Source of the DNA: Trypethelium eluteriae
Lineage: Eukaryota
DNA length: 64,000 nt
Direction: 5' to 3'
NCBI GenBank assembly: GCA_051942245.1
Contig: JAVECL010000037.1
Location: 1 to 64,000 of the forward strand
The number at the start of each line of letters is the position of its first letter. Within the stretch, counting starts at the first letter, position 1. The notes below the pieces were generated by a model that searched no databases, had not been told where the DNA came from, and was given only the letters and a program-made list of their open reading frames with translations. This document shows positions 61,723-64,000 of the stretch, one piece after another. The position numbers and the translations under genes were made by a program.

Positions 61723-64000
61723 ATGGATCCTCTTAGCGTTGCCGCTGCTGTTGCTGGTTTCATCACGCTTGTGCTGGGCACCATTACCTATATGGAGGAT
61801 GTCTGGGAAGAGCCAGAGGAGCGGCGCGCCTCCGAGAGCCGCTTCAAGGATATCGAAGAGAACCTGGAAAGCCTTCTATGCCGCCTCGATATCTTTGAGG
61901 CTTAACTGAAAGATCAGCGAAAGTCACTGGCCCTTTCGCTACGCTTCGGCCCAATGAAAAACTCTTCGCTCGTACTCGGGGGAGATGAATGCCCCGGGTG
62001 GCGATGTCGAGGTCTTAAAATTCAAGTTGGACGCTATTTGCACCGATGTCAGGCAACATTGCCGCTCGAGGCTGATCCATCTTGTTAAGTATAGGAGCCG
62101 TTGGTCGTCGAAAAAAAGCCTTGAAGGAACACCAGGAAGAAGTTCTTTTACATATCAGACACATACGCGACAAGCTTTCAGGCGAAGATGCCCAGGTCAA
62201 CCACGAGGCTTGTTCTCACATCCTGGAGCTCAAAGAAGTCAGTGATCAAAAGCGGATTGTGGACATCTTAGAATGGATCTATCCATCTTCTCTGGAAACG
62301 CCCGCGGCTTTGGCACGCACCGCTATTCTGAAGAACCATAGTTTCATCAGTTCAGACAGCACTTATCAGCAGTGGCATGAAGATGCTGGCTCACCTTGGC
62401 AACTCAATTCCTACGGCAAGCCTGAGTCTGGGAAGAGTGTTCTAGCTCAGACTGTTCTTCGTGACTTACGGCAAAAGTGCGGCCACAGTGGGCCACCCAT
62501 CCTTGCTCTTTTTTTCATCACAAGAATCAATCTGGACAATTCATACAGACCGTCTCTGCAACTTATTGAAACAGCTCATCAATTGTCATCGACCGTTTGC
62601 CGCGCACATCCCCCAAGTCATCATCGACCTATGGGACGCCCAAAGGGTCTCTGGCAGGCACTGACGGAAGACGATGCCAGGCGCATTTTGTACGACGAGT
62701 TATCATCGATCCCGACGAAGTACCTTGTCATTGACGCCATCGATGAAGCAGAAGGATGCAAGTCGTCTATCGACAGGGAGATACGGCAACTACGACACCA
62801 CAATGTCGCTATTTTGAGCACAGATCGCCGCGATCCACGAGAACGGCATGATCAGCCATACTGCTATAGATGCGCTGATGGATCTTTGAATTTGTACTGG
62901 CTGTGCGATCAGTGCATGGGTCACTTTCAAATAAATAGCATAGAGCTGTGTCAGAATTGCTATAAAGTCAAGGGACTTCGCTGTCGTGATACCAGTCACG
63001 AAATGAAGCCACCACTGAAACTCAATATCGAAATGAAGACATCTCAGCAAGACCTGAAGCGCTATGTGGAGATGTTCCTTGACGACGAGTTCAACGGTGG
63101 TGATACCGGCGACGATGATGAAGCCATGTTCGGCGGACAAGACACTTTGCTTTCTATGCTCAGAAAAAAACTCGGGCCAGACTTCTGGGCCTCCCTACCC
63201 TTCAAGGTCAGCACTGCGGCCGATAGTAACTTCCTCTACGCTAAGCTTTTCATGGAACGGCTGAGGGTTCAGCCAACGTTGGACGGAGCTATTACTATGG
63301 TTCGACAACTGGATCAGGTTCACGGCACACTCGACAACCTCGACGAACAATATGGTAATATGGTAAGTCTATGTACCAACAAGAGCGACACGCTTGCTTC
63401 CCAAGTGGCCTATGACCACCTCGCACTCGTCTCGTCTGCCTTCGAGGTGCTCTCCTTCGTTCAATTGTCACATGCCAGGGCAATAGCTTGTGGTGATCGA
63501 CTGCTTGAGCATTTTAGCGGCCGCTTCTGCCTGAAGCAAGTGGTTCGTAGGGGAACGAATGGCTTACTCAATATAGATAATATCGGAGAAGCGGACTCTT
63601 TCCCAGTCACCTTCTTCCACCGTTCCCTATCGACACATATTGAGAAGAACCAAAAGCGACAGTTTCCTGATGCACACCAGCGCATGTTCCAGGCATGTCT
63701 TGCGTATCTCAAACTCGACGAGTTCTCCGGACCATTTGAATCGCTTCCGCGACTAGAAGAAGCGGTCAAGAAATACCTTTTTGTGTCCTGCGCTGCATCA
63801 TATTGGGGATTGCATGCCCAGAATGTCTCCAGCAACGTCGAGAACAGTCTGCTTATCCTGGACCTCCTCAACGATGCGAACCGACTTTCGTATGTGATGC
63901 AGATCGCATGGCACACTCGATCACGCGCCGAAAGCAGCTGGGATGTCAGCGGTGGCATCACACCACTGCATGAGTGCGCATTTTATGGACTGAAAACTTT
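61723..64000 (+). pseudogene. NACHT-ankyrin NLR-like gene with internal ZZ-like zinc finger; 5' part disrupted, runs off window
   Basis: MDPLSVAAAVAG N-terminus with a stop at 61903 and frameshifts. A frame open from ~62076 to 64000 (absent from the ORF track) encodes Walker A YGKPESGKS, Walker B YLVIDAIDE, FLYAKL, FFHRS, CLAYL, YWGLHA and the first ankyrin TPLHECAFYG. Confidence 0.8.

Noticed and set aside
1..64000. RIP as the cause of the pseudogenes; tRNA/rRNA genes; autonomous transposase
   Set aside because: No extended AT-rich RIP-like tract is evident by eye and many lesions are frameshifts. No RNA gene or transposase motif was recognised (not computationally excluded).

Overview
Filamentous ascomycete DNA with spliceosomal introns; the species cannot be determined from the window. 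The centre (~18.3-48.6 kb) is an apparently intact aromatic-polyketide/prenyl biosynthetic gene cluster. It contains an NRPS-like A-T-R carboxylic-acid reductase, a three-repeat Myb regulator, a non-reducing PKS with no visible SAT domain (KS-AT-PT-ACP-ACP-cMT-esterase), an unexpected SMI1/KNR4 (SUKH) gene, a P450, a DMATS-family prenyltransferase, a fungal TF-domain protein with no Zn cluster, a secreted BBE-like FAD oxidase and an SDR. Five of the enzyme promoters share a 10-bp motif (RACTCRGGTC), a candidate Myb site. The flanks look accessory: kinase-ankyrin, HET, PNP_UDP and NACHT (with an internal ZZ-like finger) genes, plus decaying genes (polyol dehydrogenase, GMC oxidoreductase, SDR, S41 peptidase). 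Four copies of a 181-bp, almost fully palindromic, TA-flanked element are present. One has a paralogous empty site inside the window, and the two arms of individual copies share private variants. All family calls come from motifs read by eye; no database search was run.
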